NCBI GenBank assembly: GCA_963847625.1
Contig: CAWKAR010000059.1
Coordinates: 1 to 17,139, forward strand
DNA from: a candidate division FCPU426 bacterium
Lineage (GTDB): Bacteria; Oederibacteriota; Muellerivitia; Muellerivitales; Muellerivitaceae
Direction of reading: 5' to 3'
DNA length: 17,139 bases
Below, piece after piece: positions 14,309 to 17,139 of the stretch. The position numbers were made by a program, and so were the translations under genes. Below the pieces are notes generated by a model. That model saw nothing but the letters and a program-made list of their open reading frames with translations. It made no database searches and had not been told where the DNA came from. How positions within the stretch are numbered: position 1 is the stretch's first letter; each line of letters begins with the position of its first letter.

Positions 14309-15769
14309 TTAATATGATAAACGGCAACCCGCGGCGGTCAGGGCCGCCTCCTCGGCCGGAACGTTCGGATTCGTCAAGGGGTTTCCGGTGAGAATGGCAA
14401 TTTTGCAGCTGTTCGCCCCCAACGCCGTGTTGTCCACCAGGAGCTGCAAATCCTGGATCAGGTTGTTGTCGAGGTTCAAGCAACCCAGGCCGGTCAAACC
14501 GGTCAGGGGCGTGAGGTCGCTGACCTGGTTGGTGTTGAGATTCAGGATCAGCAAGCTCATCATACCGCTCAGCGGCGTGAGGTCGGCGATTTGGTTGTTA
14601 TTCAGGAGCAAGGTGACCAATTGCGTCAACCCGGACAGGGGTGAAATACTGCTGATTTGGTTGAATTCCAACTCCAGGTCGGTCAATTGAGTCATACCCG
14701 CGAGGGGCGTGAGGCCGCTGATCTGGTTGTTGCTGAGCACCAGGTATTCCAATTGAGTCAACCCCGACAAGGCCGAGACACCGCTGATTTGGTTGCTATC
14801 GAGGTACAACTCGCCCAATTGAGTCAAACCCGCGAGGGGCGTGAGGTCGCTGATTTGGTTGCCGTCGAGTATCACCGTGAACAATTGGGTCAACCCCGCC
14901 AGGACCGTGAGGTCGCTGATCTGGTTGTCGCTGAGATCCAAAAACACCAATTGAGTCAACCCGGTCAGGGGTTTCAAGTCGCTGATTTTGTTATTATTCA
15001 TTTTCAATTCATACAGGTTCGTCAGCCCGGATAAGGCAGTCATGTCGCTGATTTGATTGCCGTTAAGGTCCAATATGACCAAGCCCGTCAGGCCGGAGAG
15101 GGGCGTGAAATCGGTGATGTTGTTGGATTCCAAATCCAAGACGTTCATGGCGGTGCAATATTCCAGGCCCTCCAGGCTGGTGACTCCGGCGTTGTCCACC
15201 TCCATGCCGGTGATGGTGGCCAAATCACACGCAGTGATAGTATCCGCGGCGCTTGAGATGACCCCGTTGGCGATCAACACGGCTTGAATGGCCGCCAAAA
15301 GGTTGGGGTCCGGGATGGTCACAGGCCCCGAGAGGCAGGTGGGCATGATGGTGGGAGTGATCGTGCATTGCGTGACGCAATAAGTATTGGTGAGAGTGGG
15401 CGAATAGGTCGGTGTAATGGTGAGGATCATCGTCGAGGTGGCCGTGGGGCTTGCGGTGAGGGATACCGTAGGTGTCATCGAATCCGTCGGCGTGTCTGTC
15501 AGGGTCGGAAAAGGGGTGTAAGTCGCGGTGGTAACGCCCGTCGGGAAGAGTGTCGGCGTAATGCTGGGCGTCAACGTAAAGGTTGGCGTTATTGGCAGCG
15601 GTGAGGGGTCCATCGTGGGCGTAAAACTGGGCGAAAGGGTTGATGTGGCTGTGAACGCAGGCCCCGCGGCGGGAGAGACGGCGAATTGCTTGGTGCAGGC
15701 AACCGGGAATAAAGCCAGGACTGATAGGATGAATAGAATGGAACCCAATGGAAATAGAACCCTGTTCAT
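14309..15769 (-). CDS. Internalin-like leucine-rich-repeat lipoprotein with a Thr/Pro stalk
   Basis: Lipobox PVA|C, ~110-aa T/P linker, N-cap IPDPNL, and about 11-12 22-aa repeats of LxxLxLxxNQISDLTPLxGL. GGAGG RBS. Confidence 0.93.
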   Translation of the reverse strand: MNRVLFPLGSILFILSVLALFPVACTKQFAVSPAAGPAFTATSTLSPSFTPTMDPSPLPITPTFTLTPSITPTLFPTGVTTATYTPFPTLTDTPTDSMTPTVSLTASPTATSTMILTITPTYSPTLTNTYCVTQCTITPTIMPTCLSGPVTIPDPNLLAAIQAVLIANGVISSAADTITACDLATITGMEVDNAGVTSLEGLEYCTAMNVLDLESNNITDFTPLSGLTGLVILDLNGNQISDMTALSGLTNLYELKMNNNKISDLKPLTGLTQLVFLDLSDNQISDLTVLAGLTQLFTVILDGNQISDLTPLAGLTQLGELYLDSNQISGVSALSGLTQLEYLVLSNNQISGLTPLAGMTQLTDLELEFNQISSISPLSGLTQLVTLLLNNNQIADLTPLSGMMSLLILNLNTNQVSDLTPLTGLTGLGCLNLDNNLIQDLQLLVDNTALGANSCKIAILTGNPLTNPNVPAEEAALTAAGCRLSY

Positions 15770-15931
15770 GCCGCCCTCCGAATATAAGAAGTAAAAATCA
15801 TTCCCTTCAACATATAGTGATGATACAAACCGGTTTATTCCATGAATTTTATCAAATAGGTAAAATTCCCATAAATCCAGGGTTTTCGCCGGTTTTTACC
15901 GGCTTTTTGGGTGGACCAGAGGAAGGGTAAT

Positions 15932-16049
15932 CCCTTCGAAGGAGCTAGTGGTGAGTGGTTCGAGAGCCACACCACAGGTCAAGTCGAACGGTTCGGTAAA
16001 CTCACCGCTGGACCACTCAGGGCAGCCCCTCGATGGCACTCGGGGCAGG
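15932..16049. repeat. Nested REP-like hairpin cluster
   Basis: CCCTTCGA...CTCAGGGC encloses GTGGTGAG...CTCACCGC and is followed by CCCCTCGATGGCACTCGGGG. Same family as 13927. Confidence 0.65.
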
Positions 16050-16105
16050 TTCTAAATTTTGAATTGAGGTGGTTTTCAAATTGCGAAAATCATTAATAAA
16101 TTAAG
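16050..16105 (+). repeat. Heptamer-plus-hairpin repeat, copy 4 (beta type)
   Basis: 56 bp matching 12534..12589 with 3 mismatches. Confidence 0.9.
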
Positions 16106-16106
16106 A

Positions 16107-16502
16107 TTATTGAGAAAGCCAATTGAAGACGTCCACGACCGTTTGCGAGGGGGTCCCGGAACCGTTACTCTGAAACACAAAACCGATGAGAACGACCTGC
16201 GTCGGGTCGAAATTCCCGCTAGGAACGGCGGTGATGGTGGTTGGAACATTCATGGTCAAGGTAACACAGCCGGGGCCCAGGTTGGTGTAGGACGGGTTAT
16301 CATAAAAGACCCAATTAGGGGCGCCGTTCTGCGCGTAAAGGTGGCCGCCCTGGGGATAAGTGGGCTGAAAACCCGAAACCACATCCACGACCGCGCTGAC
16401 GGCCTTACCCGCAAAATTAACCGTGGTCCCCAACGCGTACTGGATGTTCGTTTGCTGGCTGGGGCCGGTGAAATTGATGGTCACCGCGAGAGCGCCCGCG
16501 GG
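16107..16502 (-). pseudogene. 5'-truncated gene encoding a CBM-like C-terminal domain
   Basis: GALAVTINF...GGHLYAQNG..W...TLTMNV...FDPTQVVLIGFVF...VVDVFNW looks like a CBM beta-sandwich. No credible start or signal peptide; the tracked N-terminus is an alternative frame of the neighbouring gene. Confidence 0.65.
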
Positions 16503-17137
16503 ATCACGAAGTCCTCCGCAAACGTGGGCGCTGCCTGTCGGAATACGAAGCCAGGTGCTCCGTAATGGAGCGGCGGGTTCTCGGCGCAACACCGGGTCCC
16601 GGCTCGCAAGCTTCCCGTTCTTACCTCGACATGCTTTACGTTTAAGCGACGTTCGACTTCTTGCCGGATGAAGTCCTCCAGATGGGGGTCAGCTACGTCA
16701 ACGTACAGTTCAGCGCTGACATCATGAACGCCTGCAGGGTCGATCCCTTTTAGCCACCGGTCCAAATGGAAGAGACCAGCGGTAGCTTGGCCTACGGCTG
16801 AGTGAACCGAAAAGAATCGATGCAGATCATACCGAATTTCCTCCAGCGACAAATATTGCTTCCCGTACTCCCAAAGATTTGGAAAGTGACCGCTAACCAA
16901 GTCCAATGCTGCCGTAGCGCCGCGCTCGTCTCCTAATGCAAGTACTGCGCCATGCCGGGCGGAAGTGTCGTCCACCACTCGCACTTCCCCCTCTCCTGGG
17001 TCGAGCTTTGTCTCCGCCGATTCAGCAGCCGTGTCCTGAGCATGCAGCGTCTCCCTTGTTTTTTGGGCAAGAACCGAGTCGCCAACGATTACCGCTTGCG
17101 TCGGCAACTCGGCGACGCTGGTCCCGTTAGCTGGGGT
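16481..17137 (-). CDS. Internal fragment of a large protein, probably M14 zinc carboxypeptidase family (non-catalytic middle part); 3'-truncated, 5' end outside the window
   Basis: Frame is open to the window edge (TPANGTSVAELPTQAV...). The pattern PGEGEVRVV..FPNLWEYGK..RFFSVHSAVGQA is recalled from large M14-type proteins of Acidobacteria-like bacteria (not verified). No catalytic motif is visible. Confidence 0.5.
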   Translation of the reverse strand, partial: TPANGTSVAELPTQAVIVGDSVLAQKTRETLHAQDTAAESAETKLDPGEGEVRVVDDTSARHGAVLALGDERGATAALDLVSGHFPNLWEYGKQYLSLEEIRYDLHRFFSVHSAVGQATAGLFHLDRWLKGIDPAGVHDVSAELYVDVADPHLEDFIRQEVERRLNVKHVEVRTGSLRAGTRCCAENPPLHYGAPGFVFRQAAPTFAEDFVIPRALSR

Positions 17138-17139
17138 TG

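Noticed and set aside
10240..16105. Integron attC sites
   Set aside because: No RYYYAAC...GTTRRRY boundaries and no intI in the window.
16503..16592. Tracked N-terminus of ORF 16107..16592
   Set aside because: It is an off-frame reading of the neighbouring gene beyond the junction, with no RBS or signal peptide.

Overview
Bacterial diderm accessory region. The abundance of Thr/Pro-linker lipoproteins and TPR-barrel proteins resembles candidate division FCPU426-like genomes, but this is a weak impression only. Gene order: 3' end of a mucin-like Thr/Pro protein (<3..1493), a membrane-bound class III adenylate cyclase on the minus strand, and a divergent partial Tad/Flp pilus operon. The operon has three Flp-type prepilins (one of 34 aa that the ORF track misses), two TadE-like proteins, a TadG-like protein, an unknown membrane protein, CpaB and a secretin; it has no TadA/B/C/V. 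A run of surface-protein genes follows: four lipoproteins (unknown, CBM-like, NHL, LRR), a TPR plus beta-barrel protein and a small basic secreted protein. The window ends in a truncated CBM-like gene fused to an unrelated, probably M14-peptidase-like fragment. The most unusual signals are non-coding. (i) Eleven 37-45 bp imperfect palindromes (RTRCCR...YGGYAY) show compensatory changes and a conserved asymmetric position; ten occur as pairs separated by one base, and one pair forms a ~95 bp inverted repeat around the cyclase gene. (ii) A second, direct-orientation repeat family with duplicated gene 3' ends separates the surface-protein genes like cassette boundaries. No recombinase or transposase is encoded in the window.
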